NCBI GenBank assembly: GCA_938091905.1
Contig: CALKOM010000001.1
Location: 32,001-96,000 of the forward strand
Source of the DNA: an uncultured Verrucomicrobiales bacterium
GTDB lineage: Bacteria; Verrucomicrobiota; Verrucomicrobiia; Verrucomicrobiales; DEV007
Direction: 5' to 3'
Length of the DNA: 64,000 nucleotides
Part shown: in pieces, positions 1 through 10,883 of the stretch
How positions within the stretch are numbered: position 1 is the stretch's first letter
Layout: each line of letters begins with the position of its first letter
Position numbers and translations under genes: made by a program
The notes under the pieces: generated by a model
Told to the model about the DNA's origin: nothing
The model's input: the letters and a program-made list of their open reading frames with translations, nothing else
The model's database searches: none

Positions 1-229
1 GATAGCCGTCCAGCTTCCTACCAGAGAGATCTACGTAAAAGGGCTCGGCATGGTGTTCAGAGGCAATCCCAAACAGTATGTAACAGAGATTCAACTTCCC
101 GTCTTATGATCGGTAGTCTCTAACCCGATTTCCCATAGCCAATCAATGTAGAGACATTCGTTGGGCTTCTCGCCAGCCACATTAGTAGACCTTGGACGCT
201 ATATTTGTTGTTTCAAAATACTCTAGAAA

Positions 230-3200
230 TCAGCGTAGGCGGACGCGGTAGAAGCGTTCGGGCAGGTTGTCTGACGGTACCGTGGCAGTGGTTGTGGTTG
301 CCGTGCCGACTACTTCTAGAATACTAATAAAACCACGTTCAAGATCATTGCTAGCTTCTATGTCGTAGGTGGCGTTGGCTTCGCTGGAGAACGTGATCTC
401 TAGCATGCCATCTGCCGAGAGCGTGACCGACTCGATCGCGAGGTTGGGATCGACTGGTGTTGGGCCGCGGTCGTTTCCTGGGAACAGTTGGTTCGGGAAG
501 TATTGTAGGCCTTTGGTTACGTTGATCGTTCCTGCGGCGAAGTCGATGCTATCCCCGAGGGCGGTGTTTCCCCCACCGGCGGCGAAGCTTGTGCTCGCGA
601 CTGCGAAGGCGGCTCCGTTAGCGCCCGTCCAGTCAGGATCCATGTTGGCGCTGTCCTCGCCGACCAACTCACCATCTAGATAGAGGGCGATGGTTTGGCC
701 GGTGGCAGGGTCGCCATTGTCTACGTCGAAGGTCCAGATCACTTCTAGTTCACCGGCTGCGATCTGTCCTTCAGTTAGTGCATACTCTACCGTGGACACT
801 GTGTTGCCTCCGTTGCCAGCGGCGCGAAGGACGAGCTTGCTGCCCGTCTCGTAGACGATGGCGAAGCCGACAGTGCCGCCGCCAGATTCCCAGATCATGT
901 CCCGTCCGTCGTCGTCGGTCTTGGCATCGAAATCGATGAAGGCACGGAACGTCACGTCCTGCTTGTCTTCGCCACCGCGGAAGTTATCAAAGGTCGGTAA
1001 CGCCATGGGCTCATTGAAGGTAAGACCAGGTTCACCCAAGCGATCAGCGGGAAGGCTGGCCGGATTATTTGGATCAGAGTTCTGAGCGACTTCGAAACCA
1101 TCGCGGAAACTATCATTGTCCGTGTCTTCGTCCAAGGGGTCACTCGTTGGATTGCCGTTCACTTCTTCGCCGTCTGAGCGTTGGTCGCCGTCGGTGTCTG
1201 CGATGAGCGGCAAGGTCATGGAGGTGTTGACCTCGAAACCGTCGGCGAGGCCGTCGCCGTCCGAGTCCTCGCCTAATGGATTCGTGGACAGCTCTAACTC
1301 GGCAAAGTCGGTAAGGCCGTCGCTATCTGCATCGCCACTGCCGTCTTGAGCAAGGTCTCCAAAGATGGCGTTCTCCCAGTTGTCATCGAGGCCATCGCCA
1401 TCCGAATCCACGGGGATGACGGTCGTGCCGCGGAGCAACTCAAAGCGACTCGAATCAAAGGAATCTAGGGGATCGCCTGGATCTTCATCCCAGAAAACCT
1501 CTACGGCAGAGCCGCCGGTTCCTTCGAAGTAGACGAAATCCACGTCATGAAATCCAGGGAATAGCTGCACAGATCCAATGGTGTCAGCGGTGCCTCGCGT
1601 ACCTGTGAATTCGCCTACGACAATTCCACTCACTGTGAGGCGGGCACCATCGTCTGAATTGAATCCGAGGCTGTAAGTGCCAGCTTCATTCACGAAGATC
1701 TGCGTGGAGGCCACGACGGCGAACTCGTTCACATCTTGTTCCGGAGTGGTCTGGTTGTCGAAAGGAGCATCCTCATCGAAGTTTCCTGCCGAGCCGCCCG
1801 TGCCGAGGAAATTAAGTGCCAGGTGCTGCCCGCCGGTCTCGGTTCCTGTGCCGCCCGCGATCATCGCCTCGGCGTCTGCTAGGCTTCTTAGTGCCGCCCC
1901 AGATCGGATGGTGTGTGTGGTCCAGACTGCGGGATCATCCTCAGCCACGGTGGGATCGCTACCGCCCGCGACTTCGAATCCATCCCAAGCGCCGCCACCG
2001 TCGGTATCTTTGATCAGCGGGTTGGCGTTTGCGTCGACTTCGGCACCGTCTTCAAGACCATCTCCATCAGTGTCTGGCAGCAAGGGATCTGTCATGTGTG
2101 TGTCCACCTCCTCGGCATCGCTCAGCCCATCGCCGTCGCTGTCCACGGCGACGAGATCGCCTAGGGTCTGGGTAGGATTGTTGAAAAGGCTGGTCACATC
2201 GCCTGCGTCGATCGCCCTGTCATAGATCTGAAACTCATCAACACTGCCAACGAGCGCCACGGCTGTGCCGATAGCGCCAATCGAGAGATTGCCTTCAAAG
2301 ACATCCGGCAACGCTTCCGGAGCGTCTTCTTGAGCGACGGCCACGCCATCCAAGTAGAGCACGAGGGCATCGGTGGCGAAGGACACCGCGACATGATGTT
2401 TCTGGCCACTAGTGAGAGCCGGATCGGAAACCAGCCTAGGTTCGCCGTCGACATACCAAGCAACGCCGCCTTCTTGAAGCAGGACGGCCACGTCTGGCGT
2501 GTCGACCCCAATGCCGAACAACGTCTGCGTCACATTGGCATCGTCCAACTGAATCCAAGCAGAGACGGACATGGTCTCGAAGGGATCGAATGGGCCAATG
2601 GGCACGGTGACGGGCCCAGAGCCATTCAGTGCTAAGGCAGTGCCTTTTTCCCCAGCGACTGGCGAGACGCCTAGTTGAGCGACGCCGTCTGGAATCGTAC
2701 CGTGTCTATCAAAACCACTGGTATCCAGGAACTCGGTGCTCCCTTCGGCTTCATCGAAGCGATAGCGTGCGACGGGTCCCTGTTTGTTTATCACCGAAGC
2801 GCTCAAGCGGACTTCTTTCACGGGCTCCTGTTCGCTATTGCTCATGATTGAGAGGACTGATGAGAAGCCGCCAGACTCGCCTTTGGAATCGAAGAGGTAG
2901 GTGACCTCTCCCGATGCTCCGGGCGCTAGGCTGCTTGGGAAGTCCGTAACGGTGAAACGGTCAGGATTCGAACTCGTGATCTCGCTGACAGTTAGGGTTT
3001 GGCCTTCACCAAGGTTTCTCAAGGTAAACGACCCCTCATGCGTGGGCGGGACGCTGGTCACTTGGCCTAACGAAGAGGTTGCGCTGGTAACGAGTGCAGG
3101 ATCGCCTTGGGCGATCGGAATGGCGCCGTCGACGAGGGATTGGATTTCTTCTTGGGACAATTCACGATCCCACATCGCGACGTCGTCCATTGTGCCGACC

Positions 3201-3850
3201 GCCCAACGCTGTGTGGCTGGACTCAGAAAGCCGGTACCAAAGGTGACTGGAACAGCGCCTTCATCAGGATCGGTGGAGGTGTCGACCGTTTGACCGCCGC
3301 TGCCAGAGACTGGTTGCGCCACGCCATCGATGTAGTGAATGACATCGCCAATTGTCGTGCCTCCCTCGGGAAGGACGGACGCCACATGATGCCATTCGTT
3401 GTCATTGATAGGGTCGGCGCCCCAGTTGTTACCACCTTGATTCTCAGTCCGCAGGGTTTTCTCTGCCGTGCCTTCATACTTCACGTGCCAGCGGCGTCCA
3501 CTATCATGAAAGCCAAATCCTACCAACACCGTAGCACCCCCGGCATTGGTCGTCTCATCGGACTTGATCCAGAACGCAATCGTCCGCGGGGTGCTGCCGT
3601 TGATGCCATAGAAATCTGGAATCTCGACCCCGGAATCGCCATCGAAGAAGAGGGCCGAACCTGTTTTCCCGTCGACCCATTCCGGCTGCCCATAGGCAAA
3701 CGTGCCGTTGTGGCCCTGGCCGGAAAGATCGGCTACGGCATCGCCGTTGCCTTCATCGAAGGACCAGTAACCGACCAAGCCATCCTCGATGGCGTGGGCA
3801 AACGTGGCGGAAAGTGAAAGGAGCAGCGCGGCGAGTCGCAGGAATGTCAT
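230..3850 (-). CDS. Large secreted multi-domain protein: LamG/concanavalin A-like domains, Ig-like domain, Ca-binding DxDGDG repeats, PA14 domain, verrucomicrobial-type C-terminal domain
   Basis: 1206-aa ORF with signal peptide; LamG motifs (GLVGYWSFDEG, WHHVA, DDVAMWDRELS); many DSDGDGLSD repeats; PA14-like SDDGARL...YFEGTGG; ends ...FYRVRLR. Confidence 0.85.
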   Translation of the reverse strand: MTFLRLAALLLSLSATFAHAIEDGLVGYWSFDEGNGDAVADLSGQGHNGTFAYGQPEWVDGKTGSALFFDGDSGVEIPDFYGINGSTPRTIAFWIKSDETTNAGGATVLVGFGFHDSGRRWHVKYEGTAEKTLRTENQGGNNWGADPINDNEWHHVASVLPEGGTTIGDVIHYIDGVAQPVSGSGGQTVDTSTDPDEGAVPVTFGTGFLSPATQRWAVGTMDDVAMWDRELSQEEIQSLVDGAIPIAQGDPALVTSATSSLGQVTSVPPTHEGSFTLRNLGEGQTLTVSEITSSNPDRFTVTDFPSSLAPGASGEVTYLFDSKGESGGFSSVLSIMSNSEQEPVKEVRLSASVINKQGPVARYRFDEAEGSTEFLDTSGFDRHGTIPDGVAQLGVSPVAGEKGTALALNGSGPVTVPIGPFDPFETMSVSAWIQLDDANVTQTLFGIGVDTPDVAVLLQEGGVAWYVDGEPRLVSDPALTSGQKHHVAVSFATDALVLYLDGVAVAQEDAPEALPDVFEGNLSIGAIGTAVALVGSVDEFQIYDRAIDAGDVTSLFNNPTQTLGDLVAVDSDGDGLSDAEEVDTHMTDPLLPDTDGDGLEDGAEVDANANPLIKDTDGGGAWDGFEVAGGSDPTVAEDDPAVWTTHTIRSGAALRSLADAEAMIAGGTGTETGGQHLALNFLGTGGSAGNFDEDAPFDNQTTPEQDVNEFAVVASTQIFVNEAGTYSLGFNSDDGARLTVSGIVVGEFTGTRGTADTIGSVQLFPGFHDVDFVYFEGTGGSAVEVFWDEDPGDPLDSFDSSRFELLRGTTVIPVDSDGDGLDDNWENAIFGDLAQDGSGDADSDGLTDFAELELSTNPLGEDSDGDGLADGFEVNTSMTLPLIADTDGDQRSDGEEVNGNPTSDPLDEDTDNDSFRDGFEVAQNSDPNNPASLPADRLGEPGLTFNEPMALPTFDNFRGGEDKQDVTFRAFIDFDAKTDDDGRDMIWESGGGTVGFAIVYETGSKLVLRAAGNGGNTVSTVEYALTEGQIAAGELEVIWTFDVDNGDPATGQTIALYLDGELVGEDSANMDPDWTGANGAAFAVASTSFAAGGGNTALGDSIDFAAGTINVTKGLQYFPNQLFPGNDRGPTPVDPNLAIESVTLSADGMLEITFSSEANATYDIEASNDLERGFISILEVVGTATTTTATVPSDNLPERFYRVRLR

Positions 3851-3979
3851 GAAGTGGCTGAGTTAGGGTGTGCATCACCACCACGTGCAATGTGGAGGAA
3901 ACGCCTCAAGCCTCTTGAAACGACGACCAGAACTCAAGCTTCAAAACGACCTTCTCATCTGTCGATCGCCGAATGGCAG

Positions 3980-4933
3980 TCACTTTTCCAGAGGATTGAG
4001 AGTGACCAACACGGCGCTGTGATCTGAAGGAAAGCGTCGTTGCACCTTCGGGATACTCTCCTCTTCTAACGCAAGTGGAAACGTGATGGCCCCCGTTGGT
4101 TGAAACTGCTCGCCCTTTAAATACAGATGATCGATCCGATCCAGCGGACTCGGTTTGCCTGTCTCCTTGTCCCGCCGGGCGAGCGGCGACCAAGTGATGC
4201 CTGGCTTCTTCAACGGATCGGGATGTACCACCCGAAAGGTATCCTTAAAGCCTGTTTTCTCCAAGGCTTTCGTGGTCGGGATGGGAATCACACGGCCATG
4301 ATGCATCTGCTTTGTCGACTCCACGTAGTCTAAATGTGACGGCGTGTTCCAATCGCCACCCAGGAGTAAAGGCAAGTCGCTGTCCAAATGCCCCAGCGCA
4401 CGTAAACGCTCAATCAAGGCAAGCACCTGCATCTCCCGTCCCGAATGTTTGCGATCGAGGTCTAACAAAGCTTTCATAGGTGCCTCAGGATGTTTGGCGA
4501 GATAGTAAGGCAGGTAGGCCCGGTAGTCTAACCAACACGACCACGCCAGGACCTCGCCGAGCGGGGTGCGTATCCGCGCCCCCACGCCGTGCCACGGCTC
4601 GTGAGTGAAGGTCTCCAAGATTGGGTGCTTGGTGAGGATGCACAAATGGGGGCTCCCCCCCTGGTATGACTTCCAATCCAACTGGGTCGCGATCCAAGCG
4701 CCCAGATTTGGCCGGTCCCCATCGATGTCGTAGCTCTCTTGCATCAACACCAACGTCGCCTGTGACTCTTTGATCACGGCTAAGGCTTTCTCGGGTCCGC
4801 GATCAAAGTGGTTCGCTCCCCGCTCTACATTCCAAATAAGTACGCGCATCTCCGTCTCCGCAGACCAGCCCCATGACCACGGTAGCACTTGGGCGAGTAT
4901 AAGAAAGAGAACCAGTCGGCGATGAAGCATCAT
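3980..4933 (-). CDS. Secreted endonuclease/exonuclease/phosphatase (EEP) family protein
   Basis: Motifs WNV, MQE, GGDWN, DRIDHLY, SDHSAV; signal peptide; start uncertain (4930/4933/4942). Confidence 0.85.
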   Translation of the reverse strand: MMLHRRLVLFLILAQVLPWSWGWSAETEMRVLIWNVERGANHFDRGPEKALAVIKESQATLVLMQESYDIDGDRPNLGAWIATQLDWKSYQGGSPHLCILTKHPILETFTHEPWHGVGARIRTPLGEVLAWSCWLDYRAYLPYYLAKHPEAPMKALLDLDRKHSGREMQVLALIERLRALGHLDSDLPLLLGGDWNTPSHLDYVESTKQMHHGRVIPIPTTKALEKTGFKDTFRVVHPDPLKKPGITWSPLARRDKETGKPSPLDRIDHLYLKGEQFQPTGAITFPLALEEESIPKVQRRFPSDHSAVLVTLNPLEK

Positions 4934-5276
4934 TCCCCACACTCAGCGATGGTGAGGCATCCGCCAGCGTAGAATGACTCAGACCATAGCCGATCAACCA
5001 CCCTTTGTGGATCCCGCCGTCCACAATCGGCTGCAAACTTGCTAGCATGCCGAAGGTCAGACAGCCCATCAGGACAACAAAGAATGTGAGGCGGAAGAGA
5101 ATGATCCGTTTCATAAGAGGCCGAACGAACCACGGCGCATGCATTCCAGGGAATCGATAACCAATTCAAAAACATCGATTTCAACAATGTTGCGATCCCG
5201 TGCTTGACCTACTCGCATCCTTTCAACCATTCCGTAACCAATGGTTTCTGTGTTTCCGTATCGAGGCCAGGCTAGA

Positions 5277-8200
5277 CTAGACTAGGACTTCTTCAAGATA
5301 CGGCGCGCTGCGGCTGGTCTTTGATTTGGCGACTTGCTCTGGGGTGCCTTGGGCGACGATGGTGCCGCCGTCGGCGCCGGCCTCGGGGCCCATGTCGATG
5401 AGGTAATCAGCTTCTGCTAGGATATCCATGTTGTGTTCGATGACGACGACGGTGTGGCCGTCGTCGACTAACTGATGGAGGACATCGACGAGCTTGCGGA
5501 CGTCTTGGAGGTGGAGGCCGATCGAGGGTTCCTCGATGAGGTAGAGGTTGGTCTTTCGGCTGCCGCCGACTTGTTTCAGCTTGGCGTTCTCGGAACGGGC
5601 GACGCCTTTGGTGAGCTGAGTGACGAGTTTGATGCGTTGGGCTTCGCCGCCACTGAGAGTTGGGCTGGGTTGGCCTAACTGGAGGTAGCCGGTGCCGGTT
5701 TCTTTGAGGAGCTTGAGTGAGCGATGGATCTTGGGGTTGGTGGCGAAGAAGGCTTCGGCGTCGTCGATGGTCATTTGCATGACTTCGCCAATATTCTTCT
5801 CGTGGTAGAGCACCTCTAAGGTGGCGGCGTTGTAGCGGAGGCCCTGACAGTCTTCGCAACGGACGTAAGAGGTGGGGAGGAAGGTCATTTCCATCTTGAT
5901 CTGGCCGTGACCCTCACAGGACTCGCAACGCCCTTGCTTAGTATTGAAGGAGAATCGACTCGCGGTGTAACCGCGCATGCGAGCGGTGGGGACGCCGGAG
6001 AAGAGCTTCCTAATTTCGTCGAAGACTTTGACGTAAGTGGCGGGCGTGGAGCGCGAGGTCTTGCCGATGGGGGATTGATCGACTTCGTAGACGGCGGCGA
6101 TGCCGTTGACGCCGGTCACGCTTTTCCATGTCTTGGGTGCGGTGCTGGTCTTCTTGGCGTTGCCTTTCTTCTCGATCTTGCTCTCGACGGCTGGACGGAG
6201 GACACCGCGCATGAAGCTGCTCTTGCCTGAGCCCGAAACACCTGACATACAGACGAGGCGTCCTAGCGGAATGGCGATATCGATTCCGTGGAGGTTGTTG
6301 GTCTCAGCGCCTTTGACCGTGATCCATTCGCCTGCCTTGCCTTTGGCGGGTATGGGACGGCGTTTCTCACGGGAGGGGTGGGTCATCGGATCGCGCAAGG
6401 CTTGGCCGGTGACGGAGTGCTTGAGCTTCTTGACCTCGGCGAGTGCGCCTTGGGCAATGACTTCACCGCCAAACTTTCCGGCACCTGGGCCGAGATCGAT
6501 GATCTGGTTCGAGCGACGCATGGTTTCGTCATCGTGCTCGACCACGACGAGGCTGTTTCCTTGGTCGCGGAGGTTCTCCAGGGTGTCTAACAGTTTAACG
6601 TTGTCGCGCTGGTGGAGGCCAATGGTGGGTTCGTCGAGTACGTAGAGGACGCCGCGCAAGTTGGAGCCTAACTGAGAGGCTAAGCGGATGCGCTGGGCTT
6701 CGCCGCCTGAAAGCGTGGTGGCCGAGCGATTCAGTCCGAGGTAACCGAGCCCGACTTGGTCGAGGAAGAGGAGACGTTGGATGACTTCACGGAGGACGTC
6801 TTTGGCCACGATGGCGTCGCGGCCTTTGAAACACAGGTGCCCGAGAGCCTTGGCGGCATCCTGGACAGCAGCTTCGGTGATGTCCTCGATCGGGGTGCCT
6901 TGGACGAGGACGTTGCGCGCGATGGGGTTGAGCCGGGTGCCTTCACAATCCGGACAGGGCATCATGTCTTCTTTGCTGGCGCGGGCGCGGCGCATTTCTT
7001 CTTGCAGTTCGGCCTCTAACACAGACTCGCCGTGTTCCGGGCCGTGAAAGGCGGTGCGCTTCTCTACTTGGCCATAGCCGCGGCAGGTGCGGCACCAGCC
7101 GTGTGGGGAATTGTAAGAGAAGAGGCGTGGGTCGAGTTCCTCAAAAGCGCAGCTGCACTCTGGGCAGGTCATTTCCGAGCTGAGCACCTGAAACTTGCCC
7201 TTGGCCAGCGCGAGCTTGGCAGTGCCTTTGCCGATATTGAGTGCGGTATCGATCTTGGCGCGAAGTTCTTCGCCGCCGAGTTCGGCCACGGTCTTCTTGT
7301 CGAGGTCGGCGATGACGACATCGATGGTGTGTTCTTTGAAACGGGCGAGTTTCTGAAAACCTTCGACTGCTTTGTACTCGCCATCGACTAATAGGGTGTC
7401 GTAACCGTGTTTGCCAGCCCATTCGGCGACTTCTTTGTGGAAGCCTTTGCGGGCTTTAATCACTGGGGCTAACAAACGCACATTGTCCTTCTTAGCTGCA
7501 TTGACCACGGTGGTGGCTATGGCGCTGCCGCTTTGTTTCTCCACGGGCACTTCGCACTCGGGGCACTGTTGCACGCCAACTTTGGAATAGAGTAATCTAA
7601 GAAAGTGATAGATTTCTGTCACCGTGGCGACAGTGGATTTGCCGCCACCGCGTGAGATGCGTTGTTCGATCGCGACGGTGGGAGGGAGGCCTTCGATGAG
7701 ATCGACTTCGGCCTTCTCCATTTGCTGGGTGAATTGCCTAGCATAAGGCGACATGCTGTCGAGGAAACGGCGTTGGCCCTCAGCGAAGAGAATGTCAAAG
7801 GCGAGGGTGGATTTGCCAGAACCGCTCAGGCCGGTGATGACGACGAGCTGATTGCGTGGCAACTCGAGTTGGAGGTTCTTGAGATTGTTCTCTCGGGCAC
7901 CGTGGATGCAGATCTTGTCGTCCTTAGGCTTGGCGGCTCGGGAAACGACTTGATAGGCAACGGCCTCTTCCGCGACGCGATCCGATCCGAACTCTTTGGC
8001 GAGGTAGCGTCCGGTATGACTTGCGGTTACCCTGGCCACTTCTTCGGGAGTACCTTCTGCGACTAACACGCCTCCGTGTTTGCCAGCCTCTGGGCCTAGA
8101 TCAATGACATGGTCGGCACATTTGATCACGTCCATGTGGTGCTCGATGACCATGATGCTATGCCCGGCGTCGACGAGGCGTTGCATGACTTGGAGGAGGC

Positions 8201-10883
8201 GGGCGACGTCATCAAAGTGCAAACCGGTGGTGGGTTCGTCAAAGATGAGGAGCGCGTGTTTGCCCTGGCTTTCCTTGCTCAGCAGATGGCCGACGAGCTT
8301 GAGACGCTGGGCTTCGCCACCAGAGAGGGTGTTCAATGGGCGGCCCATGGGTAGGTAGCCGAGGCCGACATCGATGAGGACTTGCAAGGCGGCGACGATC
8401 TTCTGGGCCATCTTGGCCTCCATGGTCTGGAAGAAGGTGGCGGCTTGATCGACGGTCATTTCTAACACATCGGCCACAGATTGGCCTAACAAGGTGGTCT
8501 TGAGCGCTTCTGGTTGGTAACGACGCCCTTCGCATTCGGGACATTTGACAAAGAGATCGCTGAGAAATTGCATCTCCACCTTCTCATAGCCAGAACCCCA
8601 GCAACGCTCGCACCGACCCGCGCCGGAGTTGAAACTGAAGTAGCCCATGGTGAGCTTCTTGGCCTTGGCTTCCTCGGTCGCGGCGAAGAGCTTCCTAATT
8701 AGGTCAAACACGCCGAGGTAAACGGCGGGTGTCGAACGCGGCGTGCGCGAGAGCGGCGATTGGTCGACCATGATGACTTCATCTAGGCCACCTACAATAC
8801 GGATATTCTTGACGCGGCCGGGTGGGTCATCGGTGGTTTCGCCGAGTTGCCTTACGATATTGCGATAGAGCACATGGTGCACGAGGGTACTCTTTCCCGA
8901 ACCGGAGACGCCGGTGATGGCGCAGAAGACGCCGAGTGGGAAGGTGACACTGACATTCTGCAAATTATGTTGGCGTGCGCCCTGAACGACGATGGCGGCG
9001 CTCTTCTTGACGCGGCGACGTTTCTCCGGCACGGGGATCGTCTTGCGACCGGTGAGGTAGTCGAAGGTGAGCGAGCGTTCTGGCCCATCGGCCTGCGCGG
9101 GGCCGGCATAGACGAGTTCGCCGCCTTGCAGGCCGCGTCCGGGACCGATATCGATGAGGTAATCGGCGGTGCGGATGATGGCTTCCTCGTGTTCCACGAC
9201 GACGAGCGTGTTGCCTTTGTCGCGCAGCCCGCGCATCACGCCGGTGAGCCGACCGATGTCGCGCGGGTGTAGGCCAATGCTAGGTTCGTCGAGAACGAAG
9301 AGGGTATTGACTAACGAGGCACCTAAGCAGGTGGTCAGATTGACACGCTGGAGTTCGCCGCCAGAAAGCGTGCGGGTGGCGCGGTCCAAGGTGAGGTAGT
9401 GCAGGCCGACGTGGCCGAGGTACTGCAGTCGATTGGTGATCTGTTCGTAGAGGAGTTCGGCGCTGGGATCGGTGGCGTTGGGTGGGTGCTCGTTAAAGAA
9501 CCTGGTAATTTCCTCGACGGGCATTTGCCAGAGCTGAGGCAGGGTGTGGCCTTTGTAGCGGAACTGTAGGGCTTCTGGTTGCAATCGATCGCCGCAACAC
9601 GCGCGGCAGGTCGTGTAGGAACGGAAACGACTGAGAAAGACGCGGACGTGCATCTTGTAAATCTTCTTCTCGATCCAATCGAAGAAGCCTTGCACGCCAT
9701 ACCAATCGCCGCGTTGCCAGGCGTCCTCGGGGTCGCCGTGTTTGCCTTGGTCGCCGAAGAGAACCCAGTCTTGGTGTTTCTTGGGCAAGTCTTCGAAGGG
9801 GATCTCGACATCGATCTTGTGTCGTCGCGCTTCGCGGATGAGATCGAGTTGGCACTCTTGATAGTTACTGCCTTTGAACGCGACGATGGCTTCATCTAAC
9901 AAGCTGACGCCAGGATCAGGAATGGCTTTCTCGAGATCGATACCGATGGTGCGCCCGAAACCCTTGCAAGAGGGGCAAGCGCCTAGGGGGTGATTGAAAT
10001 TGAAGAGGCCCGGGGAAGGCGGGCGGATGCTTTCATCGCAGGGGGCGCAGTGCCAGCCGGAAGAGAACGATTGGTTCTGCCGCGGGGCGTCGGCATCTAT
10101 GGCTTGGAGCTTGCCTTTGCCAAAGCGGTTGGCAGCTTCGATGGCTTCTAACAGACGCCCAGATTGGTCTTTGTCGACGCGGAGCCGGTCTTGGATGACA
10201 TCGACGATGGCTGGGAGCGTGCGTTTCTTGTAGGTCTCGGGTTCGTCGGTGCGGTAGTCTTTTCCGAAGAGGCGGACTCTGACATAACCTTGGCCTTGGA
10301 GGAATTCGAAGAAGGGGCCGGGCTTCGTCTTTTCCGGTACGGGCACACCAAAGGTGATGAGAATGCGTTTGCGGTCGAAGCGTCTCTTGATCTGACGTGC
10401 GATGGTGGTGGGATTGTCCGGCTCTACGTTAGCATCACAGCTCGGGCAGTGGGCCTGAGCGACTTTCGGGAAGTAGAGTTTGAGGTAATCATTCACCTCC
10501 GTGATCGAGCCGACGGTGGAACGTGTCGTTTTGACGTTGTTCACCTGCTCGATGGCGATGGCTGGTGGGATGCCTTCGATGCTATCGACCAAGGGTTTGT
10601 CCATGCGGTCGAAGAATTGCCGCGTGTAGGGCGAGAAGGTTTCGACATAGCGTCGCTGGCCTTCAGCATAGATTGTCTGGAAGGCGAGCGAGGATTTGCC
10701 CGAACCACTCGGGCCGGTGATGACCGTGAGTTCGTTGATCGGGATGTCGACATCAACGCCTTGGAGGTTGTTTTGACGCGCGCCGCGAATGCGAATGGCT
10801 GAAAAGTCAGCTTGTTTCTTTTTAGCCTTCTTCTTCGAAGTCACGCGTTTAGGGCGTGCTGGGGGCTTCTTCCTTGGCGGCAT
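5277..10883 (-). CDS. uvrA: Excinuclease ABC subunit A, double-length (two fused UvrA units)
   Basis: 1868 aa; four Walker A motifs ([36 protein letters not shown]), four LSGGE signatures, CxxC zinc fingers. Confidence 0.95.
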   Translation of the reverse strand: MPPRKKPPARPKRVTSKKKAKKKQADFSAIRIRGARQNNLQGVDVDIPINELTVITGPSGSGKSSLAFQTIYAEGQRRYVETFSPYTRQFFDRMDKPLVDSIEGIPPAIAIEQVNNVKTTRSTVGSITEVNDYLKLYFPKVAQAHCPSCDANVEPDNPTTIARQIKRRFDRKRILITFGVPVPEKTKPGPFFEFLQGQGYVRVRLFGKDYRTDEPETYKKRTLPAIVDVIQDRLRVDKDQSGRLLEAIEAANRFGKGKLQAIDADAPRQNQSFSSGWHCAPCDESIRPPSPGLFNFNHPLGACPSCKGFGRTIGIDLEKAIPDPGVSLLDEAIVAFKGSNYQECQLDLIREARRHKIDVEIPFEDLPKKHQDWVLFGDQGKHGDPEDAWQRGDWYGVQGFFDWIEKKIYKMHVRVFLSRFRSYTTCRACCGDRLQPEALQFRYKGHTLPQLWQMPVEEITRFFNEHPPNATDPSAELLYEQITNRLQYLGHVGLHYLTLDRATRTLSGGELQRVNLTTCLGASLVNTLFVLDEPSIGLHPRDIGRLTGVMRGLRDKGNTLVVVEHEEAIIRTADYLIDIGPGRGLQGGELVYAGPAQADGPERSLTFDYLTGRKTIPVPEKRRRVKKSAAIVVQGARQHNLQNVSVTFPLGVFCAITGVSGSGKSTLVHHVLYRNIVRQLGETTDDPPGRVKNIRIVGGLDEVIMVDQSPLSRTPRSTPAVYLGVFDLIRKLFAATEEAKAKKLTMGYFSFNSGAGRCERCWGSGYEKVEMQFLSDLFVKCPECEGRRYQPEALKTTLLGQSVADVLEMTVDQAATFFQTMEAKMAQKIVAALQVLIDVGLGYLPMGRPLNTLSGGEAQRLKLVGHLLSKESQGKHALLIFDEPTTGLHFDDVARLLQVMQRLVDAGHSIMVIEHHMDVIKCADHVIDLGPEAGKHGGVLVAEGTPEEVARVTASHTGRYLAKEFGSDRVAEEAVAYQVVSRAAKPKDDKICIHGARENNLKNLQLELPRNQLVVITGLSGSGKSTLAFDILFAEGQRRFLDSMSPYARQFTQQMEKAEVDLIEGLPPTVAIEQRISRGGGKSTVATVTEIYHFLRLLYSKVGVQQCPECEVPVEKQSGSAIATTVVNAAKKDNVRLLAPVIKARKGFHKEVAEWAGKHGYDTLLVDGEYKAVEGFQKLARFKEHTIDVVIADLDKKTVAELGGEELRAKIDTALNIGKGTAKLALAKGKFQVLSSEMTCPECSCAFEELDPRLFSYNSPHGWCRTCRGYGQVEKRTAFHGPEHGESVLEAELQEEMRRARASKEDMMPCPDCEGTRLNPIARNVLVQGTPIEDITEAAVQDAAKALGHLCFKGRDAIVAKDVLREVIQRLLFLDQVGLGYLGLNRSATTLSGGEAQRIRLASQLGSNLRGVLYVLDEPTIGLHQRDNVKLLDTLENLRDQGNSLVVVEHDDETMRRSNQIIDLGPGAGKFGGEVIAQGALAEVKKLKHSVTGQALRDPMTHPSREKRRPIPAKGKAGEWITVKGAETNNLHGIDIAIPLGRLVCMSGVSGSGKSSFMRGVLRPAVESKIEKKGNAKKTSTAPKTWKSVTGVNGIAAVYEVDQSPIGKTSRSTPATYVKVFDEIRKLFSGVPTARMRGYTASRFSFNTKQGRCESCEGHGQIKMEMTFLPTSYVRCEDCQGLRYNAATLEVLYHEKNIGEVMQMTIDDAEAFFATNPKIHRSLKLLKETGTGYLQLGQPSPTLSGGEAQRIKLVTQLTKGVARSENAKLKQVGGSRKTNLYLIEEPSIGLHLQDVRKLVDVLHQLVDDGHTVVVIEHNMDILAEADYLIDMGPEAGADGGTIVAQGTPEQVAKSKTSRSAPYLEEVLV

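Noticed and set aside
1080..2150. Repetitive DNA suggesting an array
   Set aside because: These are degenerate coding repeats of the DxDGDG Ca-binding motif, with no repeat-spacer structure.
4803..5187. Small minus-strand ORFs (113 aa and 85 aa) between the EEP gene and uvrA
   Set aside because: No recognisable family; they conflict with each other and overlap the EEP gene. A short membrane peptide from ATG 5114 is possible but unsupported.
5407..10802. Many long antisense or alternate-frame ORFs over uvrA and other genes
   Set aside because: Shadow ORFs expected in GC-rich coding DNA; no motifs support them.
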